Assembly (NCBI GenBank): GCA_026396575.1
Contig: JAPLWM010000020.1
Span: 14,266-78,265 of the forward strand
From: Candidatus Komeilibacteria bacterium
GTDB lineage: Bacteria; Patescibacteriota; Patescibacteriia; UBA1558; UBA10009
Direction: 5' to 3'
DNA: 64,000 nucleotides
The translations under genes were made by a program, and so were the position numbers. Under the pieces are notes generated by a model. That model was not told where the DNA came from and made no database searches. It saw nothing but the letters and a program-made list of their open reading frames with translations. Of the stretch, positions 55,546-64,000 are shown one piece after another; position 1 is the first letter of the stretch, and every line of letters starts with the position of its first letter.

Positions 55546-56453
55546 GACCAAAAACTCTAATCATCGTGCTGGTTGCCGCTGGCATGATCGTCATTGCCGC
55601 CAGTGCGGTAATAAAAAATCTGCCCATCAAAGGCGACGCTCGAGTGGCTTACGCCGATGCTGACCGCAACGAAATCGTCAGGAATAACGAAGCCGCCCTG
55701 CTGCTCGACGAAAGCGTTTGGATCAGTGAAGAAAAACTGGCGGTCTGCCTGGATTCCACTAATCTGACGGACTTGATGTTCGCGGAAACGCCAATAACGA
55801 TTTCAGCCGGTGAGATTGTTATTTACGGCGACGTTGTCTTTTCTGAACCGAGGCAAATGTTCAGAAAAATTTGGCTTGTTAACCAGCGAAGCCGCCGGGC
55901 AACTGGCCACACCGGACTGGTGTTAAGCGCGTTGTTAAGGTATTTCCCGGACCCGAACCAGGCCTGGGCTTACCAAGACAGCTGCCAAAAAGCGCTGGCT
56001 GATACCGGAGAAACGCCAAACCCTAGTTTGGCCGCCTCACTGCCTGATTCGTTTGTTTACGATATCAGCCAAGGCGAGGTGGCATTGGGCTTGGTAACAG
56101 AGGGCGAATCCTTCCGGATTGTGCCGACACTGTTATCGGATACGCTTATCTGGGACAGGTGCCGGTGCGATTACTGCCGCACCCATACCGACGGCGGCAG
56201 CAAATCCCTTCGGGGAATTGTTACCGGCCGCTTGGCTAGAACGGTAAAGGAACGTCCAAACGATTACCCGGCTCCGGAAGCACCAATAGGCGCCTTGCTG
56301 ATTAAGCTGCCCGGCCAAACCTGGGCAATACTGGATCGTCCTGAAACTTATCAGGCCAGGCAAAACGGCTTGGTATTGGTAAGTTTAAATGACCGAAACG
56401 GGCTCTTCTCGGAAAACGCCGGGAAGATTCTGTTAAAGTCATCGCGGCTCTAA
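55542..56453 (+). CDS. hypothetical membrane-anchored protein with CRCDYCRTH cysteine cluster, third gene of the cassette
   Basis: N-terminal TM LIIVLVAAGMIVIAASAV; overlaps gene 2 stop by 4 nt (ATGA). Confidence 0.5.
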   Translation: MRPKTLIIVLVAAGMIVIAASAVIKNLPIKGDARVAYADADRNEIVRNNEAALLLDESVWISEEKLAVCLDSTNLTDLMFAETPITISAGEIVIYGDVVFSEPRQMFRKIWLVNQRSRRATGHTGLVLSALLRYFPDPNQAWAYQDSCQKALADTGETPNPSLAASLPDSFVYDISQGEVALGLVTEGESFRIVPTLLSDTLIWDRCRCDYCRTHTDGGSKSLRGIVTGRLARTVKERPNDYPAPEAPIGALLIKLPGQTWAILDRPETYQARQNGLVLVSLNDRNGLFSENAGKILLKSSRL

Positions 56454-56459
56454 GCCGAA

Positions 56460-56498
56460 AAACCAAGAAGCCAGCCGTCCATTCGTGGACAGCTGGCC
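56460..56498 (+). terminator. rho-independent terminator of the three-gene cassette
   Basis: gccagccgtcca-ttcg-tggacagctggc (12 bp stem, one mismatch, TTCG loop) followed by CTCTTTTTTTT. Confidence 0.7.
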
Positions 56499-56545
56499 TC
56501 TTTTTTTTAATAAATTCACAGCGAATAAAATGAGCTGTAGAATTT

Positions 56546-56607
56546 ATTAACCCCGCACCCGAGGCGTGATACCTGAGCGAAGCGAATGGTTCACGGCGAG
56601 TGGTGCG
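56546..56607. other. GC-rich stem (ccccgcacc/ggtgcgggg) enclosing a 44 nt structured loop, downstream of dnaJ
   Basis: Direct read; similar GC-rich 9 bp stems at 48533-48572 and inside the palindromic repeat cores. Confidence 0.3.
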
Positions 56608-56630
56608 GGGTACTATGAATTTTTTAATAT

Positions 56631-57746
56631 TTAAAGTCCTTCTTTAGCTAAATCTTCCAACAATTTTTTTTGTGAGCGCGATAAATTATTAGGTATAATA
56701 ACTTTTACTTCCACTAATAAATCCCCTCGGCCATGGCCATGCAACTTGACTACGCCCTTGCCTTTAATGCTGAACTGCTGGCCGCCGGGAGTGCCGGCCG
56801 GAATTTTCAAACTGACCTGGCCGTCCAAAGTTTCCACGTCCACCTTATCGCCCAAAGCGGCCCGGCTAAAGCTGATATTTTTAACGGTAAGCAAATTATC
56901 GCCCGAACGCTTAAACAGCGGATGGGGCAAAACTTTGATATTAATATACAAATCGCCCGGCCTTAAGCCGCGTTCGGCAGCGCCGCCTTTGCCCGAAAGC
57001 TTTAAGGTTTCGCCACTGGATATTCCGGCCGGAACTTTTACCTTGATCGTTTCCACGCCCCGCTTAAAACCCCGCCCACCGCAAACAATGCACTTTTTTT
57101 CAGGCACCTGGCCTTCGCCATTGCAATCCGGACAAGCCGCCACCGAGCGGAAATTGCCAAAAAAAGTGGCTTGCGAAATGGTAACCTGGCCCGAACCTTT
57201 GCAGGTTTTGCAGGTATTTATTTTAACGCCCGGCTCGGCGCCATTGCCTTGGCAATGATCGCAGGTTATTTCTTTGGTTAATTCCAAAACTTTTTCCGCG
57301 CCAAAAACCGCGTCTTGCAAGCTAATGGTAATGCCGGCTTCCAAGTCTTCGCCGTGCGTACGCTGCCTGGTAGAACTTCTGCCGCCGCCGAAGAAATCGC
57401 CGAAAATCTCGCCCAAATCGGAAATATTAAAATCCTGGTTTCTAAAACCGGAAGCGCCAAAACCGGACTGGCGGCTAAAATCGGACCAATTAAATCCGCC
57501 CTGGCCGCCGCCAGCGCCAAAACCCGCTCCTTGAGAAAAGGCCTCGGAGCCGAATTGGTCATAGGTTTTGCGCTTTTCCGGATTGCCCAGCACCTGATAG
57601 GCCTCGTTTAATTCCTTGAATTTTTCGGCATTGCCGCCGGATTTGTCCGGATGGTGCTGATGGGCCTTTTTCCTAAAAGCGCTTTTAATTTCTTCAGGCG
57701 TGGCCGTTTTGGCCACGCCTAAAATGGAATAGTAATCTTTTGCCAT
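56631..57746 (-). CDS. dnaJ: molecular chaperone DnaJ
   Basis: J-domain with HPD (KAHQHHPDK), G/F-rich region, four CxxCxGxG zinc-finger repeats. Confidence 0.9.
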   Translation of the reverse strand: MAKDYYSILGVAKTATPEEIKSAFRKKAHQHHPDKSGGNAEKFKELNEAYQVLGNPEKRKTYDQFGSEAFSQGAGFGAGGGQGGFNWSDFSRQSGFGASGFRNQDFNISDLGEIFGDFFGGGRSSTRQRTHGEDLEAGITISLQDAVFGAEKVLELTKEITCDHCQGNGAEPGVKINTCKTCKGSGQVTISQATFFGNFRSVAACPDCNGEGQVPEKKCIVCGGRGFKRGVETIKVKVPAGISSGETLKLSGKGGAAERGLRPGDLYINIKVLPHPLFKRSGDNLLTVKNISFSRAALGDKVDVETLDGQVSLKIPAGTPGGQQFSIKGKGVVKLHGHGRGDLLVEVKVIIPNNLSRSQKKLLEDLAKEGL

Positions 57747-57941
57747 TTAATTTTTCTTTTCTTTGCTGTTTAATAACTCCATTTCCGGATCTATATATGT
57801 TTTTTTACAATCCGAGCAAATGCCGTGGCTAATACCAGGCCCTTCCCATCTGCCTATTTCCTTTTTACACCAAGCGCAAACCACCATACCTTTTAATTGT
57901 TCACTTTCCGGCTTGGGCATCGGTTGTTGTTCAAAATCCAT
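57747..57941 (-). CDS. small zinc-ribbon protein between dnaK and dnaJ
   Basis: 64 aa; CAWCKK ... CSDCKK two CxxC pairs. Confidence 0.4.
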   Translation of the reverse strand: MDFEQQPMPKPESEQLKGMVVCAWCKKEIGRWEGPGISHGICSDCKKTYIDPEMELLNSKEKKN

Positions 57942-57954
57942 AATTTTAGATCAA

Positions 57955-59904
57955 TTATTTTTTAACCTCTTCATATTCGGCTTCTACTGGTTCCTCCTTC
58001 GCTCCTTGCGGAGCTTCGGAGGATGCACCCGCCTGTCCGCTTGATTGCTGGCCTGCTTGTCCGCCGGAGCCTTGGGCGGAGGCGGAATACATGGCCGAAC
58101 CGATTTTTTGCACGGTTTGGTTTAAATCTTCAAAGGCCGATTTTATAGCTGCAGCATCGCTGCCATCTTTAACCTTTTTCAAAACTTCAACTTTTTCATT
58201 AACTTCCTTTACCACCTCGGCCGGCACTTTATCGCCGGATTCCTTGAGGATTTTTTCGGTCTGGTAAATTACGCTGTCGGCATTGTTCCTTAAATCGATC
58301 AGCTCTTTCTTTTTTTCGTCTTCGGCAGCATGAATTTCCGCTTCCTTGCGCATCTTTTCCACTTCGTCTTTGGACAAGCCCGAAGAAGCGGTAATGGTAA
58401 TGGATTGCTCCTTATTGGTGGCTTTATCCTTGGCTTTAACATTTAAGATGCCGTTGGCGTCCAAATCAAAAGTTACTTCCACTTGAGGCACGCCCCTGGG
58501 AGCCGGCGGAATGCCGGATAAAATGAAGCGGCCCAAAGTTTTATTGTCTTCGGCCATTTTGCGCTCGCCCTGTAAAACATGGATTTCCACGCTGGTTTGC
58601 GAATCGGCAGCCGTGGAAAAAATCTGGCTCTTGGAAGTGGGAATAGTGGTGTTGCGGTCAATCAGCGGCGTCATTACGCCGCCCAAAGTTTCAATGCCCA
58701 AAGTTAAAGGCGTAACATCCAAGAGTAAAACATCCTTAACGTCGCCTTGCAGTACGCCGGCTTGCACGGCCGCGCCTAAGGCCACAACTTCATCCGGATT
58801 AACCGAGACATTGGGCTTTTTGCCGAAAAATTCTTCGACTTTCTTTAAAACCAAAGGCATGCGGGTCATGCCGCCGACCAAAACCACTTCGTTAATCTGG
58901 GCTTTGGAAAAACCCGAATCCTTAATCGCCTGTTCGGCCGCAATGAATGTTTTATCAACCAAATCCATTACCAGCTCTTCCAGCTTGGCACGGGTTAATT
59001 TCATAACCAAATGTTTGGGGCCGGAAGCATCGGTAGAAATAAACGGCTGGTTAATTTCGGTTTCCACGGAAGTGGAAAGTTCGATTTTGGCTTTTTCGGC
59101 AGCCTCCTTGACCCGCTGCATGGCCATGGCGTCGCCGGTTAAATTAATCCCCTGATCTTTTTTGAATTCGGCAATAATCCAGTTAATCAAACGCTGGTCA
59201 AAATCGTCGCCGCCCAAATGGGTATCGCCGTTGGTGGATTTTACTTCAATGTGCGGCTCTTTAACTCCGCCGCCCATGTCTGCTTCGCCAATTTCCATAA
59301 TGGAAATGTCAAACGTACCGCCGCCTAAATCATAAACAGCGATTTTTTGTTCTTTACTTTTATCAAAGCCGTAAGCCAAAGCCGCGGCCGTGGGTTCGTT
59401 GATGATTCTTTTTACGGTAAAGCCCGCAATTTCGCCGGCATCCTTGGTGGCTTGGCGCTGGGAATCGTCAAAATAAGCGGGTACGGTAATAATCGCTTCG
59501 GTAATTTTTTCGCCCAAACGCTCTTCGGCATCGGCTTTTAACTTGGCCAGAATCATGGCCGAAATTTCCTGCGGCGTGTAATCCTTGTCGCCCATTTTTA
59601 TTTTAACGCCTTCGCCGGCTTGGATGATTTTATAAGGCATGGTTTTTAAATCGCGGCTTACTTCCGGGTCGTTAAAATGCCGGCCGATCAAGCGCTTAAT
59701 GGAAAACAAGGTATTGGCCGGATTGGTTACGGCCTGGCGCTTGGCCAACAAGCCTACTAACCGTTCGCCGGTTTTAGCAATCGCCACCATGGAAGGAGTG
59801 GTGCGGTTGCCTTCTTTGTTTTCTAAAATCTTGGGCTGGCCGCCTTCCATAACGGCCATGGCACTGTTGGTGGTGCCCAAATCAATTCCTAAAATTTTTG
59901 GCAT
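57955..59904 (-). CDS. dnaK: molecular chaperone DnaK (Hsp70)
   Basis: 649 aa; [20 protein letters not shown]-less acidic C-terminus. Confidence 0.95.
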   Translation of the reverse strand: MPKILGIDLGTTNSAMAVMEGGQPKILENKEGNRTTPSMVAIAKTGERLVGLLAKRQAVTNPANTLFSIKRLIGRHFNDPEVSRDLKTMPYKIIQAGEGVKIKMGDKDYTPQEISAMILAKLKADAEERLGEKITEAIITVPAYFDDSQRQATKDAGEIAGFTVKRIINEPTAAALAYGFDKSKEQKIAVYDLGGGTFDISIMEIGEADMGGGVKEPHIEVKSTNGDTHLGGDDFDQRLINWIIAEFKKDQGINLTGDAMAMQRVKEAAEKAKIELSTSVETEINQPFISTDASGPKHLVMKLTRAKLEELVMDLVDKTFIAAEQAIKDSGFSKAQINEVVLVGGMTRMPLVLKKVEEFFGKKPNVSVNPDEVVALGAAVQAGVLQGDVKDVLLLDVTPLTLGIETLGGVMTPLIDRNTTIPTSKSQIFSTAADSQTSVEIHVLQGERKMAEDNKTLGRFILSGIPPAPRGVPQVEVTFDLDANGILNVKAKDKATNKEQSITITASSGLSKDEVEKMRKEAEIHAAEDEKKKELIDLRNNADSVIYQTEKILKESGDKVPAEVVKEVNEKVEVLKKVKDGSDAAAIKSAFEDLNQTVQKIGSAMYSASAQGSGGQAGQQSSGQAGASSEAPQGAKEEPVEAEYEEVKK

Positions 59905-59930
59905 ATGTTTTTTAATTATTTATTAATAAT

Positions 59931-60266
59931 TTAAATTTTTCTCATTTTCTCGATAAAAAAACCGTTGCTGTCAATTAACTGATGGATGGCCAAAACCTGG
60001 TCGCTGACTACCGAAGGTTCGGCGCCGTAAACGGCAACTTCGGCCGCGGTTAAATCGGTTAAAATGGCGTTGCCCACCAAGCCGTGCGGCATGGTCATCA
60101 CCCGCACAATAATGCTGGAAGCGCAAAAACCGCAGGTTAGATAGGCCAAAAAGCTGTATTCGTTTTCCTCCAAAATTTCCACCCGGCCTTCGTTGTAATC
60201 ATTGTTGCAAACCGGGCATTTTTGGATTAAACGGACGCTGAATTGTCCGCGCTGGTCTTGGTTCAT
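59931..60266 (-). CDS. hypothetical zinc-ribbon protein inserted between grpE and dnaK
   Basis: 111 aa; CPVC ... CGFC. Confidence 0.4.
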   Translation of the reverse strand: MNQDQRGQFSVRLIQKCPVCNNDYNEGRVEILEENEYSFLAYLTCGFCASSIIVRVMTMPHGLVGNAILTDLTAAEVAVYGAEPSVVSDQVLAIHQLIDSNGFFIEKMRKI

Positions 60267-60778
60267 CGGTTAGTTGGATTTAAATCCTCTTCTTGAACAG
60301 AAGCTGATTTATCCCCATTATTAGATACGATTACCTGGGCCGCTTGCAAAATTTGGCCGTTTAACAGATAACCGGCTTTTACTTCGCTGATAATTTCCCC
60401 TTCCGGCTTATCCGACGGCTGGTAGCTTAAGGCCTGGTGCAAATTATGGTTAAACTGCTCGCCCTTGGTTTTAATTTCCGTCACACCGGCGTTTTGCAAA
60501 AAATCGTCAAACTGCTTTTTAATATGCAAAATGCCTTTGACCCAATCTTCAGCTAATTGATTCATTGGAATATGCGCCGCCCCTAATTTAAAATGATCGT
60601 AAATCGGCAAAACCTGCAAAAGCAAATTTTGGCTGACATATTCGCCGGCCGCTGCCAACTTTTTAGCCGTTTCTTTCTGCAAGTTTTCATAATCGGCCAA
60701 AGAACGCTTCCAACCGGCCAGATATTCGTCGGCTTTGGCTTGCAATTCAATTAGTTCCTGGTTCTGTTTATTGCTCAT
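60263..60778 (-). CDS. grpE: nucleotide exchange factor GrpE
   Basis: 171 aa; coiled-coil N-terminus then GrpE beta-domain; operon position hrcA-grpE-dnaK. Confidence 0.8.
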   Translation of the reverse strand: MSNKQNQELIELQAKADEYLAGWKRSLADYENLQKETAKKLAAAGEYVSQNLLLQVLPIYDHFKLGAAHIPMNQLAEDWVKGILHIKKQFDDFLQNAGVTEIKTKGEQFNHNLHQALSYQPSDKPEGEIISEVKAGYLLNGQILQAAQVIVSNNGDKSASVQEEDLNPTNR

Positions 60779-60780
60779 AA

Positions 60781-61473
60781 TTAAATCTGTTCTCTGATAA
60801 AATTAACCAAGCCCAGATTTTTTTCATAATCCATCCGCACCGGGCCCAAAATGCCCAGCAGGCCGCTCTGTTTTTTAAAACGCCAATTGATTAAAACCAC
60901 GCTACACTGCTGGCCGAAAGGATTTTTAGCCCCGATTTTAACGGTGGCCTGGGTAACCTCGTTAAATAGCCGATTCATCACTTGATCCAGATGGTCGATA
61001 ATCAAACTTAAATCGTAAACACAAGACGGATCCTGGAATTCCGGCTGGGAAAATAAATTAGCCAAGCCGGTGTAATAAAAACTGTTATCGGCAAAACCCA
61101 CTACAATGGCGTTATTGGACAGGTCAGCTAATTTTCTAGCCAAATTCCTAATTAATAATTCCAACGGTTCGTTTTGCCATTTTTGCGCCAATTGTTTTAA
61201 ATCCTGTTCCTCCTTGGCCGTTATTTTACCCAAATTTTTAAGCTGATTATCCAAAAAATACTGATAGCCAAGGCACGTGGGAATCCGGCCGGCCGAAGTG
61301 TGGGGCTGAACAATATAACCCAGCTCTTCCAACTCGGCCAGGGCGTTTCTGATGGTAGCTGAAGAAAGTCCCAAGTGGCTTTTATTTTCCAAAGTTTTGG
61401 AGCCAATCGGCACGGCGCTATGCAAATATTCTTTAATTACCTGCCCCAATAAGGCTTCTTGGCGCTGATTCAT
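60781..61473 (-). CDS. hrcA: heat-inducible transcription repressor HrcA (short form)
   Basis: wHTH N-terminus IGSKTLENKSHLGLSSATIRNALAELEELGYI; CIRCE operator immediately upstream; 230 aa, shorter than typical HrcA. Confidence 0.75.
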   Translation of the reverse strand: MNQRQEALLGQVIKEYLHSAVPIGSKTLENKSHLGLSSATIRNALAELEELGYIVQPHTSAGRIPTCLGYQYFLDNQLKNLGKITAKEEQDLKQLAQKWQNEPLELLIRNLARKLADLSNNAIVVGFADNSFYYTGLANLFSQPEFQDPSCVYDLSLIIDHLDQVMNRLFNEVTQATVKIGAKNPFGQQCSVVLINWRFKKQSGLLGILGPVRMDYEKNLGLVNFIREQI

Positions 61474-61488
61474 AAGGCTTTTCTTACA

Positions 61489-61515
61489 TTAGCACTCTAC
61501 CAGTTAGAGTGCTAA
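61489..61515. promoter_or_regulatory. CIRCE operator (TTAGCACTC-N9-GAGTGCTAA), perfect consensus
   Basis: ttagcactc-taccagtta-gagtgctaa read directly, 16 nt upstream of the hrcA start. Confidence 0.9.
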
Positions 61516-61519
61516 AACC

Positions 61520-61547
61520 ATTATAACAAATAATAAAATAGCGTCAA
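61520..61547 (-). promoter_or_regulatory. sigma-70 promoter of the hrcA operon (TTGACG, 16 nt spacer, TATAAT) abutting CIRCE
   Basis: Minus strand reads TTGACGctattttattatttgtTATAATggtt followed by CIRCE. Confidence 0.5.
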
Positions 61548-61592
61548 GTGCCCTGTAATACTGTATAAAAGCGAGCGCGAGCTTCAATATAT

Positions 61593-62828
61593 TTATTCAA
61601 ATCTCAACGCTTCAATCGGGTCCATTTTGGCCGCTTTTTGAGCCGGATAGAGGCCAAAACCCAAACCGATTAAAACCGAAACGCCCACCGCCCAAACCAA
61701 AGACATGGGCTTGATTACAAAAGCCCAATTAAAGCCCTGCGAATTAGCGGCTACCGAAACAAGAAACGACAGACCGATGCCGAAAATAATGCCGATAATG
61801 CCGCCGATAAACGTTAAAAACACAGCTTCCCACAAAAATTGCAGCATGATTTTTTGTTCGCTGGCGCCAACGGCTTTGCGCAGGCCGATCTCATTGGTCC
61901 GCTCGGTGACCGAAACCAGCATGATATTCATAATCCCCACTCCCCCCACGATCAGGGAAACTGCGGCAATGGCGATTAATAATAAAGAAATGCCGCCCAA
62001 AATTTTATTCAAATTATCCAAAGCGTCCACCATGGTGGTAATGGCAAAATCCTCCTTGTCCGGATCGGTAATATTGTGCCGCTCCCTCATTAATATTTTC
62101 AAATCATCGGCCGTGGCAGCGGTTAAATCGGTATTTTTAAGTTTGGCGACCACGAAAGAAACATGGTTAATGCCCATAATCAATTTCTGCAAAGAAGTAA
62201 GGGGCAGATAGATAAACTTATCCATATCCATATACATAATCGCGCCTTTCCCGGCCATCACGCCGATGACCTTAAAATTATGTTTGCCGATTTTTAGGCT
62301 TTTGCCGATCGGGTCGCTATCGCCGAAAAACTTGGTTTTAGCCGAAGAGCCCAACACCGCCACCCGGGCTAAACTTTTATCCTCGTCATCGGTAAAAAAC
62401 CGCCCGGTGGCCACTTTGCCCGAATCGATATTTAAAAAACTGGCCGTTGTGCCCCAAAGCTGGACGATATCCGAATCCTGATCGGTGCCGGCTACGGCCT
62501 GGCCCATCACTGTTGAATAAACATCCTTGATATTGGGCACTTTGGCAATGGCTGCGGCATCGGCATTTTTTAAAGTGGTAATGCCGGCCTGGCCCATAGC
62601 GTTGGCCGTAGAGTTCTGGGCGGCTGCCGGCACCTTGGGCTCCACTTCAATAAAATCCGAGCCCCAGCTGGCCACTTGGGCCATAATCAAACCCCTTAAG
62701 CCCTCGCCGGCCGAAAAAACTATAATCACCGCCATAATGCCGATGACAATGCCAGCAATGGTTAAAAAACTGCGCAAGCGATTACGCCACAAAGATGATA
62801 AAGAAATTTTAATAATACTTAAATCCAT
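61593..62828 (-). CDS. ABC transporter permease, FtsX/MacB-like (MacB periplasmic domain plus 4 TM)
   Basis: N-terminal TM LRSFLTIAGIVIGIMAVI, large periplasmic domain, C-terminal FtsX block ERTNEIGLRKAVGA. Confidence 0.75.
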   Translation of the reverse strand: MDLSIIKISLSSLWRNRLRSFLTIAGIVIGIMAVIIVFSAGEGLRGLIMAQVASWGSDFIEVEPKVPAAAQNSTANAMGQAGITTLKNADAAAIAKVPNIKDVYSTVMGQAVAGTDQDSDIVQLWGTTASFLNIDSGKVATGRFFTDDEDKSLARVAVLGSSAKTKFFGDSDPIGKSLKIGKHNFKVIGVMAGKGAIMYMDMDKFIYLPLTSLQKLIMGINHVSFVVAKLKNTDLTAATADDLKILMRERHNITDPDKEDFAITTMVDALDNLNKILGGISLLLIAIAAVSLIVGGVGIMNIMLVSVTERTNEIGLRKAVGASEQKIMLQFLWEAVFLTFIGGIIGIIFGIGLSFLVSVAANSQGFNWAFVIKPMSLVWAVGVSVLIGLGFGLYPAQKAAKMDPIEALRFE

Positions 62829-62830
62829 AG

Positions 62831-63994
62831 TTATTCGTATCTTAACGCCTCAATGGGATCCAAGTGAGCGGCTCTTTTTGCCGGAAAATAACCGAAAATA
62901 ATGCCGATGCCGGCCGAAACAACCACGCTCACTATAATAGAAACGGGCGAAACAATAAATTGCCAGGCGTAACCCAAATAATTGGCTACCACCGCTACCA
63001 AGCCGGAAACGCCGGCGCCCAACAAAACGCCGATCACGCCCGCTAAAAAGGTAAGCATTATGGCTTCGGCCAAAAACTGTTTTAAAATGCTTTCTTCCTG
63101 CGCGCCCACGGCTTTGCGCAAGCCGATTTCCCTGGTGCGCTCGGTTACGGCCACATACATGATATTCATAATGCCTACGCCGCCCACCAGTAAGGAAATG
63201 GCGGCAATGGCCGCCAGAAAAAACTTCAAGGCGTTGGTAATGGTGGTTAAAGCGGCTAAGGCCTCGGCCTGATTGCGCACGTCAAAATCGTCATTATTGG
63301 AATTTTGGATATTATGGCGCTGCCGCAAAACCTGCTTGATGCTTTCCACGGCCTGGAGCACTTCTGCGGAACTAGCCACCTTGACCCTGATTAAATGAAG
63401 ATAATTAATGCCCAAAAGCAGTTTTTGTCCGCTGGACAATGGAATAAAAACCTGGCTGTCGGGGCTTTGAAAACCAACCGATCCCCTTTCCTTAAAAACG
63501 CCTATTACTTCAAAACTTTCGCGCTTGATTTTAATCTGCTGGCCCAAGGGATCCTGATCGCTGAATAAATCCTGGGCGATTTTAGAGCCCAGCACCGCTA
63601 CCCGGGCCACGCTTTTTTCTTCCGACTCGCTAAAAAAACGGCCGCTCAATAAAGTGGCGTCTTCCACCGAAGTATAGCTGGCCTGGGTGCCTAAAAAAGT
63701 GACGGAAGCTTTTTGATTCTGCCAGGAAACCGTATCGTTGCCCTGGACAAAGGCGGCCACGGCCGAAACTTCCGGCACCTGCCTTAAAATCGCTTCGGCA
63801 TCGGCGGTTTTTAAAGTGGTCACGGTAATGCCGAAAGCAATGGCCGGCGGTCCGTTCTTATCGGCCGCGCCCGGCAAAATGCCCACTAAATTGGAGCCGA
63901 CTTTTTCAATCTGGGAAAAAATCAAACTCTGGGCCCCGGCGCCCACCGACATAATGATGATTACCGAAGCAATGCCAATAACAATGCCCAGCAT
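62831..63994 (-). CDS. ABC transporter permease, FtsX/MacB-like, tandem paralogue (5' end probably beyond the window)
   Basis: ERTREIGLRKAVGA block; same architecture as the previous gene; the ORF runs to the window edge. Confidence 0.7.
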   Translation of the reverse strand: MLGIVIGIASVIIIMSVGAGAQSLIFSQIEKVGSNLVGILPGAADKNGPPAIAFGITVTTLKTADAEAILRQVPEVSAVAAFVQGNDTVSWQNQKASVTFLGTQASYTSVEDATLLSGRFFSESEEKSVARVAVLGSKIAQDLFSDQDPLGQQIKIKRESFEVIGVFKERGSVGFQSPDSQVFIPLSSGQKLLLGINYLHLIRVKVASSAEVLQAVESIKQVLRQRHNIQNSNNDDFDVRNQAEALAALTTITNALKFFLAAIAAISLLVGGVGIMNIMYVAVTERTREIGLRKAVGAQEESILKQFLAEAIMLTFLAGVIGVLLGAGVSGLVAVVANYLGYAWQFIVSPVSIIVSVVVSAGIGIIFGYFPAKRAAHLDPIEALRYE

Positions 63995-64000
63995 GGTTAA

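Noticed and set aside
56504-56545. AT-rich inverted repeat aataaattcacagc...gctgtagaatttatt as a separate regulatory element
   Set aside because: It is short, imperfect (one indel) and immediately follows the strong terminator of the three-gene cassette. It is probably part of the same bidirectional terminator region.
1-64000. CRISPR arrays, rRNA genes, IS elements or transposases
   Set aside because: No regularly spaced direct repeats, no rRNA-like conserved stretches and no transposase (DDE/HUH) motifs were found. The only repeats are the 24 bp murB tandem, the 21 bp phage repeats and the two palindromic elements.

Overview
The window has two parts. Positions 1 to about 26,290 form a phage or prophage-like block. 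Every gene there is on the minus strand. It carries an HK97-type head module (terminase, portal fused to a Mu-F-like domain, prohead protease, major capsid), tail-fiber genes, a sigma-70-family sigma factor, a glycan and ribitol-phosphate modification cassette, a replication and recombination module, a lysozyme, several small Cys-rich proteins, and a CAT-anticodon tRNA with initiator-like features. No integrase is visible; the left end of the block lies outside the window. The block ends at an intrinsic terminator that closes secA. The remaining roughly 38 kb is core chromosome of a small-genome bacterium, possibly CPR/Patescibacteria-like (this is inferred from gene content only). In order it contains secA, a divergent PRPP-synthetase-like gene with its own promoter and terminator, a compact division and cell-wall (dcw) cluster (murB, murC, murG, ftsW, murD, mraY), a complete type IV pilus operon, tRNA-Gln, dnaX, a methyltransferase plus VirD4/TraG-like coupling ATPase pair, corA, an uncharacterised three-gene membrane cassette, the hrcA-grpE-dnaK-dnaJ operon with a perfect CIRCE operator, and two tandem FtsX-like permeases. 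Non-coding features include two copies of a roughly 115 bp palindromic repeat with a covarying outer stem, a 24 bp tandem triplication of the murB start, a G10 homopolymer at the start of a phage regulator gene, and several intrinsic terminators. No CRISPR array, rRNA gene or transposase was seen. Protein identities are my own motif-level reading of the six-frame translations; no database searches were run.
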